Virus record (IMG/VR): IMGVR_UViG_3300028534_000004
Location: 1 to 64,000 of that record
Length of the DNA: 64,000 nucleotides
Strand: one strand, 5' to 3'
From: a virus
Part shown: piece after piece, positions 23,136-32,296 of the stretch
Layout of the letters: every line of letters starts with the position of its first letter
How positions within the stretch are numbered: the stretch's first letter is position 1
Position numbers and translations under genes: made by a program
The notes under the pieces: generated by a model
The model's input: only the letters and a program-made list of their open reading frames with translations
The model's database searches: none
What the model was told of the DNA's origin: nothing

Positions 23136-24071
23136 ATGTATAGATATACCGAATCCCCAAAGCAGTTAATACTTGAAAATCAAGTATTATTATACTCTTT
23201 ATTGTTTGAGGTTCCTGAACCGAATAAGTACTATAAATCCCCTTTTAGAATAGATAAAAAACCGGGATGTTATTTTTCTTTATATCGCGGTAAAATATAT
23301 TTTGTAGATTGGGGAGATACTCCTACTCATCGAGACATCTTTAAATTTACCTCCGATTTTCTACAACTAAATTTTAAAAACACGTTGGTTTACCTTGTAG
23401 AGTTGTTAGAGACCGGAGAAAAACCTAATGTATCTCTTCAAAAACAATTTGTAGAAAAAAAATCTAAAAGAAAAACTACTTTAAAAATTAAGGAACGTTA
23501 TTATAACAATAAAGATGTGCTGTTTTGGGGTCAATTCGGTTTATCTTTACATGATTTAAAAGGAGATAATTTCAAAGTGGTTCCTATTAAGAGCTATGAG
23601 ACAGAAAAGCGTATTGTATACACTCCAATGTCTTATGCTTTTATATTCAATAGTGGAACTAAAATTTATTCTCCTTACTCCGAAACAAAATGGCTGTCTA
23701 CTGTAAAGAAGAATGATATTGGAAAAATAAACAGAAAAAGAGACAAACTTATACTGACAAAATCAGTAAAAGACGCTTCGTTATTAGCTAAATTGAATTA
23801 TTCAACAATTCTATTTCAATCTGAATCAAGCACCCCCGATTTAGAAAAAATAGCTGAGAATATAAGAGATTTCGACAAAGTAGGCATCCTATTTGACAAT
23901 GATAAGACGGGTAGAGAATATTCTACTCGTCTTTTTTATCTTCTCAAACGTAATTTTCCTTCAAAAGAAGTTACTAGGTTCTTTACACCTAAAGAGAAAG
24001 ATATAACAGATTTTACTAAACAATTTGGGATAAATTCTTCCTATCAAATACTAAAAGATGTATTTATTTGA
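23136..24071 (+). CDS. Toprim-domain primase candidate
   Basis: ATG at 23136; the track ORF begins upstream inside the SSB gene. Has a Toprim-like DxD segment (GILFDNDKTGREYS). No zinc ribbon was seen. Confidence 0.5.
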   Translation: MYRYTESPKQLILENQVLLYSLLFEVPEPNKYYKSPFRIDKKPGCYFSLYRGKIYFVDWGDTPTHRDIFKFTSDFLQLNFKNTLVYLVELLETGEKPNVSLQKQFVEKKSKRKTTLKIKERYYNNKDVLFWGQFGLSLHDLKGDNFKVVPIKSYETEKRIVYTPMSYAFIFNSGTKIYSPYSETKWLSTVKKNDIGKINRKRDKLILTKSVKDASLLAKLNYSTILFQSESSTPDLEKIAENIRDFDKVGILFDNDKTGREYSTRLFYLLKRNFPSKEVTRFFTPKEKDITDFTKQFGINSSYQILKDVFI

Positions 24072-24654
24072 CCAGATACATGAATCTTGGTATCCTGCTT
24101 TTAACTTGTCTAGAAAGTTACATGACGAATTAGAAAAATTATATGAAGAAGAATATGTGGAACCTGCAAAGGAGTACTTATTTGCTCCTTTTAGTGTACC
24201 AATAGATAGTGTCAAATGTGTTACTTTATTCCAAGACCCTTATCCAAATGGAGAAGGAATAGGGTATGCTGTAGCATATAACGAAGAATTTAAAAAACCA
24301 AAATCTTTTCGTATAATTGAAAAAGAATTCGGTAGTGAATTGTCTCCGAGTTTACAAGAATGGAAAGATGTTGGTGTATTAAGTGCTAATGCAGCAATGA
24401 CAGTAAAACACGGATTACCAAATTCACATAGAGAAAAATGGATAAGATTCACCAGTAAGTGGATTGATTATCTAGATAAGAGACAAGAAGTAACTTTTTT
24501 ATTATTCGGAAGAGTTGCTCAAAGTTTTAACAACAATATAGTAGCCAATAGAAGTAGGCTATTTTATGCTCCACATCCTGCTACAAGGCACCACAACTTT
24601 ATAGGATGCGGAATATTTAAAAATTACGAACCTTTTCAAAGCATAAACCTTTAA
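24058..24654 (+). CDS. ung: uracil-DNA glycosylase, family 1-like
   Basis: VTLFQDPYPNGEG matches GQDPYH. GVLSANAAMTV…SH…W..FT…VTFLLFGRVAQ and APHPATRHHNFIGCGIF are collinear with the E. coli Ung motifs (LLLN, FLLWG, HPSP). Confidence 0.85.
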   Translation: MYLFDQIHESWYPAFNLSRKLHDELEKLYEEEYVEPAKEYLFAPFSVPIDSVKCVTLFQDPYPNGEGIGYAVAYNEEFKKPKSFRIIEKEFGSELSPSLQEWKDVGVLSANAAMTVKHGLPNSHREKWIRFTSKWIDYLDKRQEVTFLLFGRVAQSFNNNIVANRSRLFYAPHPATRHHNFIGCGIFKNYEPFQSINL

Positions 24655-24655
24655 A
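24642..24655 (+). promoter_or_regulatory. conserved leader motif CATAAACCTTTAAA, copy 2
   Basis: Identical to 18365-18378. Overlaps the UDG stop codon and lies 11 nt upstream of the ATG at 24667. Confidence 0.35.
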
Positions 24656-24666
24656 ATTTTAAAATT

Positions 24667-24882
24667 ATGAGAACTATAACAGTAAATCTTCACTCTCCTT
24701 TAAAGATAGAAACAGATGTAAAAACTTGGGGAGAACTCAAATCTTTGTTAGTTAACGAATATGATTATTCGGCTGACATAGTAGGTCTTAAAGAAGACCT
24801 GACAGTATATGCACAGAGCGATTTCCTTCCTGAAGGAGACTGTGTAGTACCTTTGACTCGTACTAAAACAAAGTTGGGTTAA
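24667..24882 (+). CDS. ubiquitin-like (ThiS/MoaD-type beta-grasp) protein ending in Gly
   Basis: 71 aa. The pattern ITVNL…TWGELKSLL…LPEGDCVVPL is beta-grasp-like. The last codon before the stop is Gly (…TRTKTKLG*). Confidence 0.65.
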   Translation: MRTITVNLHSPLKIETDVKTWGELKSLLVNEYDYSADIVGLKEDLTVYAQSDFLPEGDCVVPLTRTKTKLG

Positions 24883-24900
24883 TAAAAGTTATAAATCGGA

Positions 24901-24931
24901 AAAGAGGGAGCTATATGCTCCCTCTTTTTTT
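24901..24931 (+). terminator. intrinsic terminator
   Basis: AAAGAGGGAGC-TATAT-GCTCCCTCTTT: an 11-bp stem plus a T-run. Confidence 0.8.
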
Positions 24932-24944
24932 AAATAAATAAAAC

Positions 24945-26048
24945 ATGAGCGATATATCACAAACAATAATTAAAACGGAGCTAATTCTGGATAATCTGTA
25001 TCAGAATATCAAAGAACAAATAAAAGATATGCCTTATAACATTTTTCTCGATACAAAGATAGTTGGTTCCAGAGTATACGCTACACTAACGATACATGTT
25101 CCGGAGGTAGAAATAGATAACGGGACTAAAACTCATAAAGCTTTCGATTATCTATTTCATTATAACTTCAAAATAACTCTATACAACGAAAATAATACTA
25201 TTAGTGCTTATCTTACAACAAGTTTAACTAGAATGACTTTTACAATAGAAGAGCTTAATAGTCAATTTATACATCCTCATGCAAGTATCAATGCTGCTGA
25301 AGGTATAGGTACCACAGATATCCCAGGACACAATTGTCATAGGCACTTATGTTTAGGAACCGATACTCCTATTAGTGGTTTTGTAGCATCTATTCGATTT
25401 TTATCCACGCTTGATGAATTGGATAAATGGGCAACTGATAATAGTAATATGTTTCTTATTCATGCATTGTACTTCTTAAAAACAGAAAATTCCGAAGATT
25501 GTTATTCCTCTATTAATTCTCTTAGCGAAAGTAGAATGTATATAAACGTTGAGGACGGTTATAGTACTTACATATCCGCAGGCTCACTTACCGAATCTAT
25601 TCTTGGAAATAAGAAACTGTTAACTCACATAATTACATTTGGAAATTTCGTTAGTGGAGAAAGCTTTAAAATCAGAAGAGATTTACACATTACGAAAACC
25701 GAATTAGAAGAAATTGCTAAGGATTATCCTATAGAGTTTCTAGAAGGTGCACTAGTAAGAATAGATAGCGACGGACGTTATTATAAAAGTAGCAATGAGA
25801 ATACTACTATAAATAACCATCTGTATGCCCAATCCTTTAAAGTAGGAGAAAAAGAATTTCAATTAAAGATATTAGAAAGTGAACAAGAAGAAGAAGTTGT
25901 ATTTTACTTTCTTCCTGCGTTAATTTCTAATTTAGAAAATCGAATCAATCACATATTAAAAATTAATAAAATAAGGGAAAGTTATGAAAGTATATATTCC
26001 GAGTCAAATAATGGCGAAGATACAATTACTAACATCTTACCATTCTAA
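24945..26048 (+). CDS. conserved-Cys protein A (candidate E2-like partner), paralog of 28249..29232
   Basis: 367 aa. Shares with its paralog F(I/L)HPH (H110-P-H112), LCLG (C136, 25350-25352) and FL(K/E)TEN..D.Y.S.NSL. Confidence 0.6.
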   Translation: MSDISQTIIKTELILDNLYQNIKEQIKDMPYNIFLDTKIVGSRVYATLTIHVPEVEIDNGTKTHKAFDYLFHYNFKITLYNENNTISAYLTTSLTRMTFTIEELNSQFIHPHASINAAEGIGTTDIPGHNCHRHLCLGTDTPISGFVASIRFLSTLDELDKWATDNSNMFLIHALYFLKTENSEDCYSSINSLSESRMYINVEDGYSTYISAGSLTESILGNKKLLTHIITFGNFVSGESFKIRRDLHITKTELEEIAKDYPIEFLEGALVRIDSDGRYYKSSNENTTINNHLYAQSFKVGEKEFQLKILESEQEEEVVFYFLPALISNLENRINHILKINKIRESYESIYSESNNGEDTITNILPF

Positions 26049-26964
26049 CCTAGAATGGGTAGGAACTCTACTATATCAATTGAATAAAACCGAAAAAGGA
26101 ACTCTATATATCAATTTAATTGATTTATATCCTTTGAACTACGGCTCTCAAGGTGTAGTAGAAAGTTTGGAAAAATATGCGGTAAATTCCAAAAAATATT
26201 ATTTGGAGAAATATGGTTTTAATTACCACGAGACTTATTTGGAAGGAATTATTCATAGCCACAACACTATGCAAACTTTCTTCAGTGGTACAGACCAGAT
26301 AGACTTTGAGAAATTTGCAAAGACTAATGTTACTATTAGTATAGTAACAAATAACAAATTGGAATTTTACGGCAAAATAGGAATGCCTATTGAAACAATA
26401 TTAGGCAAGAAAGTTTGGGAAGAGGAACTGTCTTTTGTTGTAGATTACGGAGAACCTCCAAAAGAATTTAGCGAGTTAGTACAAGAATTAGCAGATGCCA
26501 GAACTAAAGCTATTAAAAAAAGAAAAACTACTATCGTTACTCGTTGGCCTGATTATTCTAATTATAATAATTACAACGGTTACGGTACTCAAAAAGAAAT
26601 TGATTTTGATGATGATTTCGATGACGACTTTGAAAGTTATCTCGGTGGCTTTATAGAAGAATTAAAAGACACTTATTTAATCTACACTATTCGTGCTAAC
26701 AACGGAGTTATTGCTTACTATGATATTCAGCAATTATGTTCAAAGAATAATATCTCTATCACCTACAGCGATTACGTTGCTCATTTACCCCTTCTTAAAA
26801 AGTACGCCAAATATAACGTAATACTTGAGGAACTTGAAAAGAAAGCAATGAAAAAGAACAAAATCGACAAGAAATTGTTCCTTGAACTTGCCGAACAAAA
26901 ACTCGGTAAGGAAAATCTCGATTATGCACACGATTATTTAAAATTTATTACTTATGAGTTATAG
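25984..26964 (+). CDS. JAB/MPN (JAMM) metalloisopeptidase with long C-terminal extension
   Basis: E24 (LEWVG) and a complete JAMM motif H91-S-H93-x7-S101-x2-D104 (IHSHNTMQTFFSGTD, 26254-26295), followed by an acidic DFDDDFDDDFE tract. Confidence 0.8.
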   Translation: MKVYIPSQIMAKIQLLTSYHSNLEWVGTLLYQLNKTEKGTLYINLIDLYPLNYGSQGVVESLEKYAVNSKKYYLEKYGFNYHETYLEGIIHSHNTMQTFFSGTDQIDFEKFAKTNVTISIVTNNKLEFYGKIGMPIETILGKKVWEEELSFVVDYGEPPKEFSELVQELADARTKAIKKRKTTIVTRWPDYSNYNNYNGYGTQKEIDFDDDFDDDFESYLGGFIEELKDTYLIYTIRANNGVIAYYDIQQLCSKNNISITYSDYVAHLPLLKKYAKYNVILEELEKKAMKKNKIDKKLFLELAEQKLGKENLDYAHDYLKFITYEL

Positions 26965-27694
26965 TAGATTCAAGGGGGCTTCATGGTTCCCCAAGGTAAA
27001 TGCTCTTCCTGTATCTATAATAGGATTAGGAGGAATAGGTAGCTGGGCTTCTTTAGCCATAGCAAGAGCTGGTTTCTTTGTTCGTTTATTTGATTATGAT
27101 ATTGTAGAATTATCAAATACTTCAGGACAATTTTATCCGGATTCCTTTGTAGGAAGAACCAAAGTTAACGCTACAACAGAATTGTTACACTCTTTTACTG
27201 ATACCTATATTTTAGGAGGTAGAACTTATAGAGTAAACGAGGACAGTACATTAGATAATATCACCGTTTGTGCAGTAGATAATTTCGAAGCTAGAAGAAG
27301 TGCTGTAAATGCGTGGTACAATAGTGTTAGCGCTCGTGTTATGACTAACGATACTATAAGTGATAAGCCGCAATTGTTTATAGATGCAAGATTAGAAGCC
27401 GAATTCTTTGAAATTTATGTTATAGAACATAATTCTACGTCTTTTGCAGAGTTTAACAAAACTCTAGTTGACGAGAATTTTCAGGCAGCTACTTGTAGTT
27501 ATAAACAAACAACTCACGTTGCTATGACTCTAGCAGGAATGATAACCGGCAATCTGATAAATTATATTGATAATTTTTATGCCGGTAAAGAAGATAGCAA
27601 TAGACGTGTTATTAAATACGGTTTATATAATGCTATGTATCAGAAGATGATATTCCGAGAAGAATTAAAACAAGAACATTATGTTAACAATTAA
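26954..27694 (+). CDS. ThiF/MoeB/E1-like adenylyltransferase A
   Basis: Contains GLGGIGS, DYDIVELSNTSGQ, DNFEARR, IDARLEAEFF and a conserved Cys181 in TCSYKQTTHVAMTLAGMITGN (27494-27496). Confidence 0.8.
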   Translation: MSYSRFKGASWFPKVNALPVSIIGLGGIGSWASLAIARAGFFVRLFDYDIVELSNTSGQFYPDSFVGRTKVNATTELLHSFTDTYILGGRTYRVNEDSTLDNITVCAVDNFEARRSAVNAWYNSVSARVMTNDTISDKPQLFIDARLEAEFFEIYVIEHNSTSFAEFNKTLVDENFQAATCSYKQTTHVAMTLAGMITGNLINYIDNFYAGKEDSNRRVIKYGLYNAMYQKMIFREELKQEHYVNN

Positions 27695-28259
27695 AACAGT
27701 ATTCGGAGAAGAAATAGATTACTCTACTAGATATAGATTGGATAAGATGTACCTTCTTCCGTCTATCAATCCCTATATACCTTTAAGTGTTTGGGAAAAT
27801 GTTTATCTCATAATAGGTGATAAAGAACCTTATACGGTATTTACTACTTATAAAACTGATGAGTTTCCTTATGTTAAAAAAGTAGCAGGTAGTACATCCA
27901 GTTTATTATTAAGAACATTAGACAGAAGTACAAGATACAGTGGGACTTTTCTATTTGAACTAAATCTGAGTAAAAAACAGGTGTTCTACATAGAAAAAGG
28001 TATGATGTATAGCGAAAAAGGAAATTTACTTTGTTATATAGGAGAACCAGCTTCTAGTAAAGAAACCGATAATCGCGTTTTAGTAATAAATGTTGAAAGG
28101 AGAAATGAAGTTCCTAGATATTTTTTAAATAAATCAGGATTTCCTACTGCTATTTTACCAATGCCTAGGTTATTAAATCAGAATGTTGATTTTCACGAAC
28201 CTAGCTTAACCGATAAAAAAAAACTAATTAAATTAATATCAGATTATTATGAACGATGA
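27681..28259 (+). CDS. hypothetical protein (follows E1-like A)
   Basis: 192-aa ORF overlapping both neighbours. No motif. Confidence 0.6.
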   Translation: MLTIKTVFGEEIDYSTRYRLDKMYLLPSINPYIPLSVWENVYLIIGDKEPYTVFTTYKTDEFPYVKKVAGSTSSLLLRTLDRSTRYSGTFLFELNLSKKQVFYIEKGMMYSEKGNLLCYIGEPASSKETDNRVLVINVERRNEVPRYFLNKSGFPTAILPMPRLLNQNVDFHEPSLTDKKKLIKLISDYYER

Positions 28260-29232
28260 TGATAGCCTTCTGACACCTTCTCTTGAGAAGGTGTTAGTTG
28301 ACACTTTAACTAAACAAAAAGTTGAGTTTGAAATAGCTCGCGATAATGGACACGATACCTTAACATTATATTTTCCGGAAATAACGATAAAAAGAACAGA
28401 TAATTCGGGAGAGTACAAAATTTATGATGTATTTTTTGTTTATACTTTCGGTTATAAAATTAGATACACTGTAATTCGAACCACATTCACTAAACAAGAA
28501 ATAATGTTAGGGTTCTTACATCCTCATGTGAATAATGACTATTTGGTTTTAGTAGATGAAGGTGCGGATTTTGACGAAATGGAAGAGTATGAGGTTGACG
28601 AATATGCTAATAGGTCAACTGATTTATGTTTAGGAAATAGCCCCTTAAAATTATTAGAGACTAATTACAGTTCTCTTACTAAGATAGAAGATAGGCGAAA
28701 ATTAATCGAAGATAATATTTATATGTTAGCGGTACATGCTAAAACTTTTCTGGAAACAGAAAATGTAGGTGATACTTATGTTAGTACAAATTCTCTTGAA
28801 GAAAGAAGCAGAGGCTCCAGATATGTACCTGCCAGATATAGTTACTTCGATAAAGTAGAAATGAAGTCTTTCTTCTCTCGTTATCCGGACCTATGGGAGA
28901 AATTTAAGAAAGAGATAAAAGTTAAAAATAAAAAGGTAAGAATACCTATGATGTTTGAAGTTGATTTACCAGTGAATACAAATAGGGATTTCTTTTCTTT
29001 TTACGATAATGGTAATTGGTACCGTTATCAACAAGTTGAAATCAACGAAAATCAAATAGATTTTTTCTATGATAATTTTCTTGGTATGAAGTTTAAAGAT
29101 AAAATTTATTCTCTTTCAATCATAAAACCAAAATCAAAAACTGACAAAAGCAAAATTTATTTTAGTCCTAAGCTAATTGCTAGTTTGGAAATTTACTTAA
29201 ATAATATGTTATTAATACAATCAATATTATGA
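28249..29232 (+). CDS. conserved-Cys protein B (candidate E2-like partner), paralog of 24945..26048
   Basis: 327 aa with FLHPH (H91-P-H93), an acidic insert, LCLG (C127, 28627-28629) and FLETENVGDTYVSTNSLEE. Confidence 0.6.
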   Translation: MNDDDSLLTPSLEKVLVDTLTKQKVEFEIARDNGHDTLTLYFPEITIKRTDNSGEYKIYDVFFVYTFGYKIRYTVIRTTFTKQEIMLGFLHPHVNNDYLVLVDEGADFDEMEEYEVDEYANRSTDLCLGNSPLKLLETNYSSLTKIEDRRKLIEDNIYMLAVHAKTFLETENVGDTYVSTNSLEERSRGSRYVPARYSYFDKVEMKSFFSRYPDLWEKFKKEIKVKNKKVRIPMMFEVDLPVNTNRDFFSFYDNGNWYRYQQVEINENQIDFFYDNFLGMKFKDKIYSLSIIKPKSKTDKSKIYFSPKLIASLEIYLNNMLLIQSIL

Positions 29233-29975
29233 GTTGGACAGATATTACAAAAAACAGGTTCGCCTCAGCATCATGGGCAGAAAACACTAAAAAGATAGGA
29301 ATTGCCATTATAGGTGTTGGAGGTATCGGTAGTTGGACTGCTTTATTTTTAAAACGCGCTGATTTTGAAGTTAGTGTTATGGATGAAGATAAAGTAGAAC
29401 TAACAAATCTTGGTGGTCAATTATTCACTATAAGAGATATAGGAAGATACAAAACTGTAGCTGTAGACGACTTAGTTTACAATTTAACAGGAAGCAGCTT
29501 AACAACTTATACTGAGAGATTTAACACCAGTAGTCATTTTCTGTATAGCTCGATAGTTATCTCAGCAGTGGACAATGTTGAAACTAGGTATAATATTTTA
29601 GATACTCTACGTCGAGAAGCCCTTAATGATAATTTTAATTCGCCTAAAATTTTAATTGATGCAGGACTAGAAGCCGAATTTTTCACATTGAGGACAATTA
29701 ATATTCTTGATGAAAAAGAAGTAGAAGAATATTTAGGAGAATTAGATGAGTTAGAAAATGTTAAAGCTACGATGTGTAGTTATAAGCAAACTACTCATGT
29801 TGCAGCTATTTTAGCAGGTATGATTACTACCCAAGCAGTAAACATTGCTCATAACTTAACTAACGAAATCAAAAGACCAATACATAAACATTTGGTCTAT
29901 AATGCTACCTATAATAAGGTTATCCAAGAGAAATATAGGGAGGATGAAATATGGGCTTCTATTCAGATAAAATAA
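29229..29975 (+). CDS. ThiF/MoeB/E1-like adenylyltransferase B
   Basis: Contains GVGGIGS, DEDKVELTNLGGQ, DNVETR, IDAGLEAEFF and Cys183 in MCSYKQTTHVAAILAGMIT (29775-29777). Confidence 0.8.
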   Translation: MSWTDITKNRFASASWAENTKKIGIAIIGVGGIGSWTALFLKRADFEVSVMDEDKVELTNLGGQLFTIRDIGRYKTVAVDDLVYNLTGSSLTTYTERFNTSSHFLYSSIVISAVDNVETRYNILDTLRREALNDNFNSPKILIDAGLEAEFFTLRTINILDEKEVEEYLGELDELENVKATMCSYKQTTHVAAILAGMITTQAVNIAHNLTNEIKRPIHKHLVYNATYNKVIQEKYREDEIWASIQIK

Positions 29976-30604
29976 GACCTTTGAAAACAAGGGCAAGTGA
30001 GCAAATTGATACTATAGTAAAATATACTAAAATAAATAGAATGCATCCTTTACATCAATTTGTTTCATTAGGTGATTTTGGTTGCTCAGTTGATAAAGAA
30101 AAAGAGTATTACTCTTTGCAATCACTTAGAGTATTTTTAAATACTCCGATATCAACAAGCGATGAAATAATTATCGAAGATTTACTTAGTATCTCCACTT
30201 ACCTTATTTTTGGACAAGAAACTACTCAAGATGATAAACGTTATTACGAAGCACCAAAGTACTTGTACTCAAGCGGTATCTTTTATGAGTTTAACACTCT
30301 TAAACCGGTAGCTATATTATTAGTAAACAGAATATATGCAAATTACTATAAGACTTTCGATTGTTTATTAGTGACTACAGATTCGGAATTAATAAAATAT
30401 CTTGACACTGCAAAAGTAACGCAATTATCAGAAATTCCTGTTGCTGCTGAAATTAATCATAAAAGATACCATGTTTCATTTGAAGGTAATCGTATAACAG
30501 AATACATAGTAGTAGAAGACACTAACTTTCTTCAAATTATAGAGCCTGAAATATTTTCAGATGATATAGATGAAGGAATATTAAATTATTTTTTCTTATC
30601 ATGA
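29951..30604 (+). CDS. hypothetical protein (follows E1-like B)
   Basis: 217-aa ORF overlapping both neighbours. No motif and no obvious similarity to 27681..28259. Confidence 0.6.
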   Translation: MGFYSDKIRPLKTRASEQIDTIVKYTKINRMHPLHQFVSLGDFGCSVDKEKEYYSLQSLRVFLNTPISTSDEIIIEDLLSISTYLIFGQETTQDDKRYYEAPKYLYSSGIFYEFNTLKPVAILLVNRIYANYYKTFDCLLVTTDSELIKYLDTAKVTQLSEIPVAAEINHKRYHVSFEGNRITEYIVVEDTNFLQIIEPEIFSDDIDEGILNYFFLS

Positions 30605-31107
30605 GCAATAGTCGTAGAATAGGTCATGATGCCGAAAGACGAGTAGTTAATGACCTAAAAAGTATCGGATATAAAAAAGCTGCAACTACAAGATTTGTAA
30701 ATAGATACATGGATGCCTTAAAAATAGACATTGCCAATGTACCTTTCTATATCCAAGTAAAAGCGGGGAAACAACACGTTACCCCGATTCCCCTTCTAAA
30801 ACAAATAGAAGCAAATGTACTAAACGAAGAATGGGAAATGCACCCTATTCTAATAGTTAGAATATATAAAATAAATCCCGGTAAGAGACGTAAATTCAAC
30901 GACGATTTAGTTTTTATTCTAACTAAAAACTTTAAAAAATTCTTTGGAGAACCCGGTAAATATTTCGAAAAAGTTATGTACTCCAAAGGAAAATATAACA
31001 CTAATTATAGAAAGCTTCTTACTTCTATCGATGATTGTATTATCAGAGAGACAGAAGATGAGTTATTAGTGTTCTCTTATCGTAAATTTTTAAATATGAT
31101 AAGATGA
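30601..31107 (+). CDS. PD-(D/E)xK nuclease, Hjc-like Holliday junction resolvase candidate
   Basis: GHDAERRVVNDLKSIGY … DALKIDIA … YIQVKAGK matches the G-x3-E-R … D … (E/Q)-x-K layout of archaeal-type resolvases. Confidence 0.55.
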   Translation: MSNSRRIGHDAERRVVNDLKSIGYKKAATTRFVNRYMDALKIDIANVPFYIQVKAGKQHVTPIPLLKQIEANVLNEEWEMHPILIVRIYKINPGKRRKFNDDLVFILTKNFKKFFGEPGKYFEKVMYSKGKYNTNYRKLLTSIDDCIIRETEDELLVFSYRKFLNMIR

Positions 31108-31706
31108 AAATCACAGTAAAAGATATTAGCAGTTTTACTATTAAAAGAAACAAGACCATGTATTATATGCTTCCGGCAATACTCAAAATCGGTAACAACG
31201 ATGAAATGAGAGATTATCTGGATAATATTAACAGAATTGCATTTGGTCTTGGAGACGATGCTGTAGATTTAGAAGGAGATTATATTTTTATGCTAGTAGA
31301 TAGTAATTATAATCCTGCTAAAATCGAACAGCTTATTGATTATCTTCATAATCAGAGGTTATTAGTTAAGACTTATCCTTATGGAGATGTAAATAAAGTT
31401 AACTTGTTAATGATTGTCTTTAAATTAACTCCTGAAGGTACTGAACAACTTAAATTGTTCAAACAAGGTAAATATTCTCAAATGTATCTGAATGACCCGG
31501 AGCTGAGAGCCAGTTATTACTTTCCTGGTTCCCAAGGCCATGATGTTATATTTAAAACACCGGAAGGAAGAATAAAACTATTGGAAGAAGTACGTAAACT
31601 TTTTGGGAGAAAACCAAAAAATGAATTATTTTCGCAGAAGGATATTGAACACTTTGAAGAAAATTCAATAAGACCTTTTAAAGAAACAGATTGGTTTACC
31701 CATTAA
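31104..31706 (+). CDS. hypothetical protein
   Basis: 200-aa ORF. No motif. Confidence 0.6.
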   Translation: MKITVKDISSFTIKRNKTMYYMLPAILKIGNNDEMRDYLDNINRIAFGLGDDAVDLEGDYIFMLVDSNYNPAKIEQLIDYLHNQRLLVKTYPYGDVNKVNLLMIVFKLTPEGTEQLKLFKQGKYSQMYLNDPELRASYYFPGSQGHDVIFKTPEGRIKLLEEVRKLFGRKPKNELFSQKDIEHFEENSIRPFKETDWFTH

Positions 31707-31717
31707 AATTTAGAAAC

Positions 31718-32257
31718 ATGAACTATTCAGTTATTGTACAACGTACTTATCCAAAACCCGGAGATTATTGTAACGATATAGTAGAGTATAAAAATATACT
31801 AAGTCGTACAGTATTCTCTAATCGCGAAAATGCTTTAAAAGCAACAATTCAAACTGTAGCTTACAACATTGCAAATGTTCATAATGATATTTATATTGCT
31901 ATGGTGTCATTTGACAGTTGTGGATGTAGTAAGAAAATTATCGACGTCTTCAATCTGTACAAAATAGATTTCGAAGATGAACCTTCTAATAGTTACGATA
32001 CTACAACTGTAGAACTTACTATCAATCAAGAATTAACAAATCTTGTATTTGATGAAGATAATTACACTGTTGTAGTTCCGATGACTATAGAACCGGAATA
32101 CGGTACACTTATAAACAACAATTCCTTTTACAATTATTCTTATTTACCTTATGAAACAGCGGAAACAAACACAGATGTTATTAATTTCGTAAGAGTAAAT
32201 ATCTTAAGCGGGGAAATTGTGGAGGGTTATGAGTACCGAATAACAATTAATGTTTAA
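31718..32257 (+). CDS. hypothetical protein
   Basis: First ATG at 31718 (MNYSVIVQ…); the track ORF begins at TTG 31691. Confidence 0.55.
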   Translation: MNYSVIVQRTYPKPGDYCNDIVEYKNILSRTVFSNRENALKATIQTVAYNIANVHNDIYIAMVSFDSCGCSKKIIDVFNLYKIDFEDEPSNSYDTTTVELTINQELTNLVFDEDNYTVVVPMTIEPEYGTLINNNSFYNYSYLPYETAETNTDVINFVRVNILSGEIVEGYEYRITINV

Positions 32258-32260
32258 CAG

Positions 32261-32283
32261 AAGGGACTTCGGTCCCTTTTTTT
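32261..32283 (+). terminator. intrinsic terminator
   Basis: AAGGGAC-TTCG-GTCCCTT: a 7-bp stem with a UUCG loop, plus a T-run. Confidence 0.75.
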
Positions 32284-32296
32284 AAAATCTAAAGCT

